The notes beneath the pieces were generated by a model. It searched no databases. It was not told the origin of the DNA and saw nothing but the letters and a program-made list of their open reading frames with translations. Made by a program: the position numbers and the translations under genes. Positions 46,801-54,928 of a DNA stretch of 54,928 bases are shown here, piece after piece. The DNA is from a virus (taxonomy: Duplodnaviria > Caudoviricetes). The stretch lies in IMG/VR virus record IMGVR_UViG_3300030329_004935, positions 1 to 54,928 of that record. One strand, given 5' to 3'. How positions within the stretch are numbered: position 1 is the stretch's first letter; each line of letters begins with the position of its first letter.

Positions 46801-49800
46801 GACCCTCCATAAGAAAGCTGAACTCCATCTGCTTGCCCTATTAAACCATATTTATCTGCATACCTGGTTCCATTTTGAACTCTAACAGGTAAAGAAAGGC
46901 CAAATCCAGGAGTCATAACATTATAAGCCCCATCTGTTAGAGTACTCGAGGCAAAGTCTCTTTTCCCTAAATATTCAGCATTTAGCATCTTCTCTATTTG
47001 AGGTCCCATATATTCAAATACTGGCAGACCTCCTGCTTGCAATATTCCTTCTACTCCAAGCAAGCGAGCTGTTAAATTACCATCTTCAGCATGTATAGCT
47101 CTTAATTGCTCAGCTACTTTTAAATATGTAAATGGATTTTCCCACATATGAGCATAACGATTCATCATATCAGCAACATTACCCTTGGCACTTGTAACTG
47201 ACTGTATAGCTCTTAATGCATCATTAGATAAAAAATTAGTATATCCAGAAGACATAGTGGCATCATGGGCTCCACTAATAGACTTAATAAAAATAGCCTC
47301 TCGTGGTAGTTCTATAATGTCTAATCTGTATGGACTTTCTTTAACTCCCTCTACTAAAACATCAATGTCTTCAGCCTTACTATCTTTAACATATTTGGAT
47401 TTTAAATCATGATTCCTAGATTCAAATTCAGTACTACCTGATTTTTTTCTAACATTCTTCTTAGCAGTACTACCAAATGCAATAGAGTCTACTAGATATT
47501 TGCCGTCAGCACCTTTCATAGCCGCATCCATGCTAGGATGATATGTATATGCAGTCTTTCCTTGGAATATTGTAATCTCTCCAGTGTCATAATTCGATTG
47601 TAAATGATTCTCTATAGGCTTAATAACAACATTAACGCCAATAATTTCCCCAGCAGCATCTCTAACAAACCACTCTGGATTACCACCCTTCGCCATTAAT
47701 TGTGCAACCATTTCTGGTAACGATAAATATGTTGATCCATTGACCTTTGATGCAGCAACAGGGCTGTAAAACTCTAAAATATCATCGGCTCTAGCTTCGG
47801 CATCTGCCTTCTTCATATTGAATTTGTCTACAAATTGTGCAACAAGCTCTTTTTTAGCAGATGTTTGAGTGTTGAAAAAATCAACTCCAGGACCTGTCTC
47901 ATCATTTATTATAATTTTTCTATGCTTAGTAATATTACCTTGCTGATCAAACATGTGATTATTAAAAATTTCAACAGCATTCCCTAGTCTATCAGATTTT
48001 GGTAACATTGTATTTAAGAATTCTTTGGCAAATAATAAATTTCTGTCATTTAATGAAACTCCAGATCTAGGACTATCCATTGTTTCATATTTCAATTCAC
48101 TTAAAGCATCTATTGGAGACATTTGTTTCAGTATCATATCTTGTACTGCATCTTGAGCTACATTCATCATTCTAGTGAATAAAACTAATTTCTTAATATT
48201 CGTAGCATTATTTTTAATAGTTGCATGCCCAGCAGAATTAATAACAGCATCAAATTGTTTAACCATATATTCGTTAACAATCGATTGAGCATTAGGATTG
48301 CCTTCAAAGATATTCAATAAATCTCTTCTAATTTCACTTTTAGGATCAGCCCAATGTCTCATAATTTGCACACCAGCACCTTTATGAACAAATATCATAG
48401 TCTTTCCATCGATCAATATAGGAAGGTATTTAACTGAACCATCATAACCAGTCCCAGCTAGCCTATGTTCAAACTCTTCAAGTAATAATTTATCTTCTCT
48501 TGACATCAATTCTTTTGCAGATATATCTATAAAGCTACCTTTAGCCATCTTGGCTTCCAATTGATCTAAGACGCTACGAGATAGCCTGGTAGTAAAGCCT
48601 CTATCAGTACCTATTCGACCTCCTGCTAATAATATAGATCCATCCATATGCCCTATACCTAATTTACGTTGAAGTTTATTGATACCAGTATCCCAATTAG
48701 ATATCTTTCCTTCACTTATATGCAATGTACCATTTTCAAAGATACCTATTGCAACTCTTTTCGAAGCCATACCTGAAACAAGAACAGCATAAGTATCTAA
48801 AACAAAATTCTCCCACCTTTCAGCTCCATCCTTTCCTAAATTAACCTCAGTCATCTTTTCAATACGAGATTTTTGTGATTCTAAAATTGGCTTAATAACT
48901 GTATCTACATAGCTCTTGACTCCAATAAATGTATCACTATTTGGATCAAGCACAGACGGATCTTTATAATATTCCGTTATTAAAGTTTTAGCATTAGCAT
49001 CCAAAGCAGCAATATCATTCAATAATTGTATAGGCTGCTTTTTAATTATTTCTAAAAAGTTCATATCGCCATTATGCCATCTACTTACATATTGATTATC
49101 TGATATACTGTGACTATGAGTCTTTAGCTGACCATTTCTATCTGAAAGTGCAATATCGTCAATTTGTTCTGCAATATAATCATTAAGAGATTTAATATCA
49201 GCTATATCAAGTTTTGCATTTCTCTCTCTTAAAGCTGTTTCAACAAACCCATCAAGTTTTTCTTGATATCTTATAAGACTTTCAGATGTAGTTAATGGAT
49301 CTACAGACAATTCATGAATAGTTTTTAAAAATTCAGATCTATTATTGATTAAAACTCGAAGTCCAACCATGTCTCTGTTGCTAATATACATTTGAATTAA
49401 AGTTTCTAATTGGCCTTGTGATTTTGATAAATCTGCAATAGCTATCTTAATATCATCCATTGCCTTTGCATCACCAGCTTGAAGTGCCTGAACTTCCATG
49501 TCTCCAGCTTTATTCAATATATTTTCAAGAGTTCCTCCCATGCGTCCAACGTCAGAAAGAAGAGAAGTAAATTCATGTTCATTAATCTTATTTACTTGAT
49601 TTAACATATCTCTCAAAACTTGTTTAATTTCACTTTTATTAATAAAGTCGAGTGAAGGCTTTAATTGTTCGCTAAAAGATATAACCGCACTTTGCTCGCT
49701 TAATTCATTTCGCAAAGGAGTTTCTATAAGCTTTTCATATGCATCGATTAATTCTATAGTATATCTATCTGCTTCGCTTAATCCTTCAGTTAAGCTATTT

Positions 49801-52800
49801 TTACCTTCTAATAATAATTCTCTTAAAGTCCTAGAAGTAACTAGTTCCACCCCTCCTCTTCTACGAACAGATAATGGATTATCTAACTCTAACGATTTAG
49901 CTATAACTCTTTTTAATCCAGAGCCTAAATTAGGATTCCCAGATATATCATCAATATATTTCTGATATACAAATTCTTTAAAATGGAAAAACTCATTTGC
50001 ATCAACAAATAAATTACCTACACCTCTAGAAGGATCGCTTACTTGCTCCATTATATTTTTTAGTTCTTTAATGCTAAGTTGGCGACTTCCTTCTGATGCA
50101 TGAGGATTTATCAATGCATGAATATGATTAAGATTATCCATGAATACTTGTAGTTCTGGTGGAATATCTGTAATATCAGTATCAGGTTTAAATTCAATTT
50201 TCTTAGTACCACCAAACCAATCTCTTAATTTAAGAAATACATCAGCTATTTGAGGATTTGTTTGCCGACCTGTTAAAATTTGATATGCAAAATCATGCCG
50301 CTGTATTCTATTTTGAGTTTGTATAGCACTCCATACAGCAGTTGAAGACATTATAGAAGGGTCAAAATACCCTTTATCTTTATCCCAGCCTGGTACAATC
50401 TGCCTCCAATTTGAACTAGTACTACCATCATTGAATACCATATCATGCATTCTTTCTGTATATGTATGATATATTCTATTAAACTTTTCCAATACATCTA
50501 TAGCATTTAATTCCTGACTTCTATATCTAGGTCCATATTCACCGATTCTTACAACGCCTGCATCTGCAGCATTTCTAATCATTTCAACTAATTGATAAAA
50601 TGCAGGCTCATAACTTGTTTCTCCTGCTATTTTCTGATTCCGACCTTTATCGAGAGCAGTTAATACACTAGTATGTATCTGTATTCTTCCGTCAGCACCT
50701 AGCAAATCTCCCGACCAAAGCCCCAAAGCATCAAGGCTTTCTCTTAAATACTCTTGAGTGAGATCTCTAACAACCCTTGTTACTTCATTAGCAGAATGAG
50801 ATCTTAAATGATTTAATGTATGTTCTACATTTTCGGCTGTTAAAGGTTTAGTCCCATCATCAACTTTAAAATCCTTTAATCTTCTAGCGAAATCCATAGC
50901 ATCCATTTCACTCATGGGTCTTAATATTTTACCTGAATTTCCAACTAGCATATGCGCAACAATAGTTTCAGCAACTACTTTCATTTCAATTAAATCATTA
51001 TATTCTGCCTCTAATTTTTTCCGTTCATCTCCAGTAGCTTTCTCCATTTTCTTGCGAACAACATCCACTCTATCTGCTATCCAATCTGTCCAATGCTTGG
51101 CATTTGGATCCGATTTAAGAACATCCATCATATCATTTGCATCAATAAAATCTTTAGTAACTTCTTTATGTAATGCAGCTAAATCTACATTGCCATTAAC
51201 CTTTTCTCGCTCAATACGATCTATCAAAGAATCGTCTGTATTATGTCTAAAGGTCTGTATCAATTGAAGGTCAGAATCTTTTCTTCCTATTTCAACCATA
51301 AATTTTTCCATTAAAGCAATCTCATTACCTTTAGCTTGCACTCCAGTTTGCTCAAAATATCTAGGGAACTTAGCAGGCTCTTGTCCCCTCATTCCTCTGA
51401 CTGGAGTACCTCTCTTCATATATGTCCAACCAACTAATTGATCAAATATCATTCTAGTTGCAGGATAATCTTCTGTAAACAATTGACGTTCTTCATGTGC
51501 TTGTTTCCACATAGGGAAGTTCATAATAGCAGACCCTAGCATAGCTCTTCTAGAAGATTCCCATCCATCTCTTAATATTTCTTTACTAAGATTCTTTATA
51601 GTCGTTGGTAATTCCTTTTGAAAATGTCTCATTGCATTAGTTAAAATTGCATCATCAGCCTCATTTAAGACGACTTTCTTCAATAACGTCTCACCCATAC
51701 CTTCAACTGATTTAAATATAGATGAATTCTTCCCAGATGTATCGAATATAGTAGTTAAAACAGATTGCTTTGCTTTTGGAGACATCTTGCTAATATCTTT
51801 AAAGTTATAGTATAATGCTTTAGTCATCTGCTTCATGTCATTTATCATACCTGAATGACCCCATACAACAGCTTTACCACCAGTTACAAATCTAGCTTGT
51901 GAAAGAGCACCTCCCAGTAATGCAGAATGCCATCCTCTGGACCATATAGACTCAAACTTCCACTCACTATCAGTTAATCGTTGCTGTTTAGCTACAAAAT
52001 CCGCTGCTTCACCCAATACAACACTATGAACGCTTAATAATGACGCTTCATACAATGCATTTCCAATTCTAGTTGCAACATTTTCTCCCCAAACATGCTT
52101 ATTCCAAGGGTTGTTGCCCCAAAACCCTCTATTCATCAATCTTTGCGTTAAATGGTGTCCAAAATTATGACTACGAGAACGTGACGCTGTATCCATTACT
52201 AATCGTACTGCATCATCTAATTTATCGCCTGTTAAGCCAAATATATCCTTTAGTTCAGTTTTTAATCGACTACTAGTATTTACAAGGATTGCAGTATCGT
52301 TTAATGGAGCATCGCGTAAAGCTTTTCTTTGAAAGAAATTGAGTACTGGCCAACTCTTCTTAAGTTCGCTTGAAATACCATCATCAATCGCATCTCTAGC
52401 AACATCTAAAAGTTGTTTGGAATTTCTTTTTGCAGATTCCTTAGTGATTAAATCAGGAGATGATTTAACTAATGCTGTAGCTACATCATCAGCATAATAT
52501 TTTATAGAACCTCTACCTAGTTGAGATGCCCATGAAAGCCCTTTACCTACTAAGCCAACACCAGAAATAAATCCAACTGCACTACCTAATGCATATCCTA
52601 AATTACCAGCTAATGATTCATCTTTCCAGTCCTGAGATCCAAAGAATTGACTAATTTCACCACCTGTACCAATGTCCATCACTGTAGGTATAATTGCAGT
52701 TTCAGCAGCACCCCAAACAGCATTGCCAAGAAAGTCCATAGCTGTACCTATTACAGGAACTTCCTCCCACGCATTAGGCTTCTGACTTTCCCTCATCTGA

Positions 52801-53021
52801 TTTTCTAATGCTCTTTGCTCATCATCAGCTTGTTTCTTTAATTTTAAATCATAATTTAACGAACCAAACGAATCATCATTTCCCTGTAAAGATGCATCAT
52901 CTTCTACTTCCAATAAAGATTGACCTGGAAGTTGGAAGTCATTAAAATTTGCCTTTAATCTTCTTTGCTTTATATTGGCATACGGACCATGTAAGGCATA
53001 GTTTATTATCTTTCTCCCCAT
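43830..53021 (-). CDS. Giant virion protein (3063 aa) containing a putative double-psi-beta-barrel RNA polymerase
   Basis: DADFDLD (46182-46202) preceded by LRTP, with an upstream GKTAY; located in the virion ejection cluster. Confidence 0.72.
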   Translation of the reverse strand: MGRKIINYALHGPYANIKQRRLKANFNDFQLPGQSLLEVEDDASLQGNDDSFGSLNYDLKLKKQADDEQRALENQMRESQKPNAWEEVPVIGTAMDFLGNAVWGAAETAIIPTVMDIGTGGEISQFFGSQDWKDESLAGNLGYALGSAVGFISGVGLVGKGLSWASQLGRGSIKYYADDVATALVKSSPDLITKESAKRNSKQLLDVARDAIDDGISSELKKSWPVLNFFQRKALRDAPLNDTAILVNTSSRLKTELKDIFGLTGDKLDDAVRLVMDTASRSRSHNFGHHLTQRLMNRGFWGNNPWNKHVWGENVATRIGNALYEASLLSVHSVVLGEAADFVAKQQRLTDSEWKFESIWSRGWHSALLGGALSQARFVTGGKAVVWGHSGMINDMKQMTKALYYNFKDISKMSPKAKQSVLTTIFDTSGKNSSIFKSVEGMGETLLKKVVLNEADDAILTNAMRHFQKELPTTIKNLSKEILRDGWESSRRAMLGSAIMNFPMWKQAHEERQLFTEDYPATRMIFDQLVGWTYMKRGTPVRGMRGQEPAKFPRYFEQTGVQAKGNEIALMEKFMVEIGRKDSDLQLIQTFRHNTDDSLIDRIEREKVNGNVDLAALHKEVTKDFIDANDMMDVLKSDPNAKHWTDWIADRVDVVRKKMEKATGDERKKLEAEYNDLIEMKVVAETIVAHMLVGNSGKILRPMSEMDAMDFARRLKDFKVDDGTKPLTAENVEHTLNHLRSHSANEVTRVVRDLTQEYLRESLDALGLWSGDLLGADGRIQIHTSVLTALDKGRNQKIAGETSYEPAFYQLVEMIRNAADAGVVRIGEYGPRYRSQELNAIDVLEKFNRIYHTYTERMHDMVFNDGSTSSNWRQIVPGWDKDKGYFDPSIMSSTAVWSAIQTQNRIQRHDFAYQILTGRQTNPQIADVFLKLRDWFGGTKKIEFKPDTDITDIPPELQVFMDNLNHIHALINPHASEGSRQLSIKELKNIMEQVSDPSRGVGNLFVDANEFFHFKEFVYQKYIDDISGNPNLGSGLKRVIAKSLELDNPLSVRRRGGVELVTSRTLRELLLEGKNSLTEGLSEADRYTIELIDAYEKLIETPLRNELSEQSAVISFSEQLKPSLDFINKSEIKQVLRDMLNQVNKINEHEFTSLLSDVGRMGGTLENILNKAGDMEVQALQAGDAKAMDDIKIAIADLSKSQGQLETLIQMYISNRDMVGLRVLINNRSEFLKTIHELSVDPLTTSESLIRYQEKLDGFVETALRERNAKLDIADIKSLNDYIAEQIDDIALSDRNGQLKTHSHSISDNQYVSRWHNGDMNFLEIIKKQPIQLLNDIAALDANAKTLITEYYKDPSVLDPNSDTFIGVKSYVDTVIKPILESQKSRIEKMTEVNLGKDGAERWENFVLDTYAVLVSGMASKRVAIGIFENGTLHISEGKISNWDTGINKLQRKLGIGHMDGSILLAGGRIGTDRGFTTRLSRSVLDQLEAKMAKGSFIDISAKELMSREDKLLLEEFEHRLAGTGYDGSVKYLPILIDGKTMIFVHKGAGVQIMRHWADPKSEIRRDLLNIFEGNPNAQSIVNEYMVKQFDAVINSAGHATIKNNATNIKKLVLFTRMMNVAQDAVQDMILKQMSPIDALSELKYETMDSPRSGVSLNDRNLLFAKEFLNTMLPKSDRLGNAVEIFNNHMFDQQGNITKHRKIIINDETGPGVDFFNTQTSAKKELVAQFVDKFNMKKADAEARADDILEFYSPVAASKVNGSTYLSLPEMVAQLMAKGGNPEWFVRDAAGEIIGVNVVIKPIENHLQSNYDTGEITIFQGKTAYTYHPSMDAAMKGADGKYLVDSIAFGSTAKKNVRKKSGSTEFESRNHDLKSKYVKDSKAEDIDVLVEGVKESPYRLDIIELPREAIFIKSISGAHDATMSSGYTNFLSNDALRAIQSVTSAKGNVADMMNRYAHMWENPFTYLKVAEQLRAIHAEDGNLTARLLGVEGILQAGGLPVFEYMGPQIEKMLNAEYLGKRDFASSTLTDGAYNVMTPGFGLSLPVRVQNGTRYADKYGLIGQADGVQLSYGGSGIPYNQYNKNIEKHLIASKDGVIGDASQGLNLIFTLDKGVIKKFGLEELFAPGHDIIVTHDGRILGPHLRSLSQPQHFKQMDKFESYIKEQYQFVLKSASENKVSTLGDLALFIDGQILDSKVGHLTDITLNNSSSSSMAKTIKIGNANAFKGVHLSTTDLRTPKAGLNDWVITKVEKLIDQRRGPVSEMNKLDVIDPQDADFDLDKSSSIHAMPGTVVEEMFYVTGMIDPATRIFERVLDEVRLENPDLKEDYFISIKNKESKRPLLVRQHAIQSFLLQAMVAQRPGHKLWKHRTMYSSEQHDFSLASSVINNREWRIIFNGEKTLKNSLGHMKSLIKETIDIYKRHGNIDDVNLQDIVWNDAKTGMLKVQQKIKGEWTSVDWKATTEIPVEIFTMREKLIKQVLNPLGSIFDMASMTENYMDGTSRKMSLYDMVSRFQNVKNSIRWAGLDWQGYDNKGQYINAKKNDLFILSDILLSFLGTNPKGAGVSEHPLIKGLLTMERGLSKHFSDRPSYDTSLGSLLSGFTSRSDANISRAISLIIKDQKKWAELNYLSWEVSQIEDTMSFMRSTGKSNHSQYNSLQAQYEFKVKVLNEFNKQVNNPANLDPSDVKMLQPGRNRFIPQSWGKVGHYREIDGQLQLINVLDATKGQRPDFVQKGDQFVINYKVLRMGNPNTSMQRRAMSRAFAVEIPSLSPSDIAVIQGVSRRFDVKLRTSSSIIDQNAPKTSERFGLVSEAQVQVVIDHLLEAMNTSPLRGNDAALQFLYNMLSPKAAQGVYDVLEYDPITRTSRKLPHFNSNKLNERLVFTVLDRLRTDKGSQVIDHIVAEEWYRNIIDRHKTAFVREWDPTLQGDVFFNLQHTKRKDNDFSIMSQPDALPRWVETTNLNEKAKNIMLSYLNGSYFLDPIELYRLSAGLGNSSMGKMPDAHTIGDRVRSLWQGVDGYKIDPQGHWFLPRKPYRKSIFEHSDKLKDTNAKESLKKELEQYGC

Positions 53022-53022
53022 A

Positions 53023-54624
53023 CTAAATTATCCAATCATTTTCTGTCTCTTCTAGCATATTCATTACTGCATTATCTACTTCTTGATTCAAAGAAGCTGA
53101 ACGTGGGCTCTGATAAGTCCCTCCTTTAAATTCAGGCTCAGCTGGAGGAGTATAATATCCTTCTGGTAACTCAGGAACTATAAACCCTGCATCTCCCACT
53201 CCTGGCTTATCTGATTCAAATGATTTTAAAATAGATTCTGCTTGCTTGCTCATGCCCCAATTATATAATTCTATCACTCCACCTAAAACACCTTGGTCAA
53301 AATCATATTCCTGCAGACCCATCCAGCTTAAAATTTCTTTTTTAAGTGATGGATCAATTTTTCTAGGAACTGCAACTCTCTTACCATTCTGCTCCATATA
53401 TTTAGTCTCCAGACCGCCTTCTGCATTTAGCACTTGTTGAACTTTTAATCCTCTATCTAACCATGATAATGCCTGGATTATCTTTGCTTTTTGAGGATTA
53501 GTTGTATCTGTGGCAGCTATTACAGCCTCCATAAAATATTCTGCAACCCATTTATAAGTCGTATTCCTATCTTGTGCTTCACCTCCAATATCTCCCAATA
53601 TCATTTGACCTACCTTAACAGCTTGAGAATTATATGCATCATTAAGCATTATGGTTTCCTCATCCCAATAGCGTTCTAAAGCTCCAGCTGCGGCTTCTGG
53701 ATCCTCCTCTATTTGTGTAAGCAGTGCAACCTTAGAATCAATAAGAGAGCCTACTTGACTAGTTTCTAGATTACCTATTATAGGATCAAGAACTCTATCA
53801 ACTTTCTTAAATTGTATATCTAAAATAGTCTCCCTAGAAGTAAGATCAAGTTCATTCCAATGGTCTTCAATATCAATTAGATTTTTTTCTGCTATCATCT
53901 CCTTAACTTTATTAGATTTAAAAGCTATAATCTTTTCTCTTTGCTCCATCCTAGATGTTTCTGGAGCAAGCATTCCTAGCCATACATTCTTAAATCTTTC
54001 AGCTTTTTTAAATCCTGCCTCACCTTCTGGAATAAATCCTTTTTCAATTAATTGAGGTTGTAAAGTCTGTTCCCAATAAGGTATAAAATCCTCAGCGTCA
54101 ATCATATTAAGATCTCCACCTGACGCGGCTATTGTCATTGTATTTTGCAACATATTGGCTTTTAGAAAGTCTAATGCTTTTGCGTCCTGTTCTTTCATCT
54201 GTCTAATTGCATCATATTTAGCAGCTTCATCAAGATAACCACCAACCAACTCGCTTCTTTTTACAATAGCATCTTTATATGGCCCTACTATACGTTCATT
54301 AGTCTCATTAAGTAGTCTTTCAGCATTTCCACCCGTAAATTCAACATCTCCGTATTCAGGTAAATTAGATGTAGTATTTCGAAAATCTTCATCAATAGCT
54401 TCTATAATAGCTTTATCATCTGCAATGTCGGACTTAGCGCTCTCTAACTGCATGCTTAAATTTCCTAATAATAATTCAGCATATGCAGCATCTTCCTGCA
54501 TTTGTAATTTTTCTCTATTAATAGCATTTGCTTCATTATTTGCTTGAGCTTTAAGTAGCAATCCTGGCAAATCATTCATTAAATTTTGCAAACTATCTAC
54601 GTATGCTTTTCTTTTTATCGCCAT
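53023..54624 (-). CDS. Internal virion/ejection protein (533 aa, coiled-coil)
   Basis: Helical; directly upstream of the giant protein. Confidence 0.6.
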   Translation of the reverse strand: MAIKRKAYVDSLQNLMNDLPGLLLKAQANNEANAINREKLQMQEDAAYAELLLGNLSMQLESAKSDIADDKAIIEAIDEDFRNTTSNLPEYGDVEFTGGNAERLLNETNERIVGPYKDAIVKRSELVGGYLDEAAKYDAIRQMKEQDAKALDFLKANMLQNTMTIAASGGDLNMIDAEDFIPYWEQTLQPQLIEKGFIPEGEAGFKKAERFKNVWLGMLAPETSRMEQREKIIAFKSNKVKEMIAEKNLIDIEDHWNELDLTSRETILDIQFKKVDRVLDPIIGNLETSQVGSLIDSKVALLTQIEEDPEAAAGALERYWDEETIMLNDAYNSQAVKVGQMILGDIGGEAQDRNTTYKWVAEYFMEAVIAATDTTNPQKAKIIQALSWLDRGLKVQQVLNAEGGLETKYMEQNGKRVAVPRKIDPSLKKEILSWMGLQEYDFDQGVLGGVIELYNWGMSKQAESILKSFESDKPGVGDAGFIVPELPEGYYTPPAEPEFKGGTYQSPRSASLNQEVDNAVMNMLEETENDWII

Positions 54625-54637
54625 TATTTATCCTTTA

Positions 54638-54829
54638 CTAACAACCGCATTGACCAGTTGGAATGCACGCACCTGAAAAATTAAAAAAGTCATATACCCA
54701 GCTATCATCTCCATCCATATCTATATAGTCCCCCACAGTACAACCTGGACAATCCTCATCCCAAATTGCACCTTCAGCACTACAACAAGGATTTAATCCT
54801 CCTTGTATATCTCCTACTTGTGTATTGCC
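54638..54829 (-). CDS. C-terminal part of the origin-spanning Cys-rich protein (continues from 879..1)
   Basis: In-frame continuation ...SCYDNY|GNTQVG...PTGQCGC*. Confidence 0.8.
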   Translation of the reverse strand, partial: GNTQVGDIQGGLNPCCSAEGAIWDEDCPGCTVGDYIDMDGDDSWVYDFFNFSGACIPTGQCGC

Positions 54830-54927
54830 ATAATTATCATAACAACTAGCTTGCTCGTCATCATCAGGATCAAAATCATCTGTTGCAGGACAATCTGACA
54901 TATCCGCTGGTTGGCTTAAGACTGTTC
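54830..54927 (+). repeat. Terminal direct repeat, right copy
   Basis: Identical to 1-98. Confidence 0.95.
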
Positions 54928-54928
54928 A

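Larger units (their letters stand above)
1..54829. mobile_element. Complete circular(ised) genome of a tailed, podovirus-like bacteriophage
   Basis: Terminal overlap; terminase, portal, capsid and tail genes; divergent early and late arms; no integrase or host housekeeping genes seen. Confidence 0.93.

Noticed and set aside
54638-54901. Stand-alone 87-aa ORF in the ORF track
   Set aside because: It is the 3' end of the gene starting at 879 that spans the contig junction
54830-54928. Biological terminal repeat (T7-like DTR)
   Set aside because: The 98-nt overlap lies inside a coding gene and its length is consistent with an assembler k-mer overlap, so it is a circularisation artefact rather than a physical end
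1-54928. CRISPR array, tRNA genes, integrase, or genome-wide stop-codon reassignment
   Set aside because: No spaced direct repeats, cloverleafs or recombinase motifs were seen; TAA, TAG and TGA all end well-supported genes

Overview
The window is an apparently complete, circularly assembled lytic podovirus-like dsDNA phage genome of about 54,829 bp (bases 1-98 recur at 54830-54927). It has two divergent arms. The minus-strand arm is late/structural: small and large terminase, P22-like portal, scaffold, major capsid, adaptor and tail proteins, holin-like genes, a metallophosphoesterase and giant internal virion proteins. The 3063-aa internal protein carries a DADFDLD motif typical of double-psi-beta-barrel (crAss-type virion) RNA polymerases. 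The plus-strand arm (28.6-40.7 kb) holds small early genes, ERF recombinase, an SSB-like protein, an AEP primase-helicase fusion and a PD-(D/E)xK nuclease, but no recognisable DNA polymerase or integrase. The standout is a complete phage-encoded ubiquitin-like conjugation operon in the early arm: a Ubl with a masked C-terminal Gly-Gly, a small Zn ribbon, an E2-like protein, a JAB/MPN+ peptidase and an E1/ThiF enzyme, in the order of bacterial BilABCD antiphage systems. Other notable items are tandem pre-toxin/ADP-ribosyltransferase-like paralogs, a possible capsid-targeting peptide shared with the scaffold, a Cys-rich gene split by the contig ends, an ORF with an in-frame TGA, and several structured intergenic RNA candidates. 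All calls come from motif reading and gene context; no searches were run.
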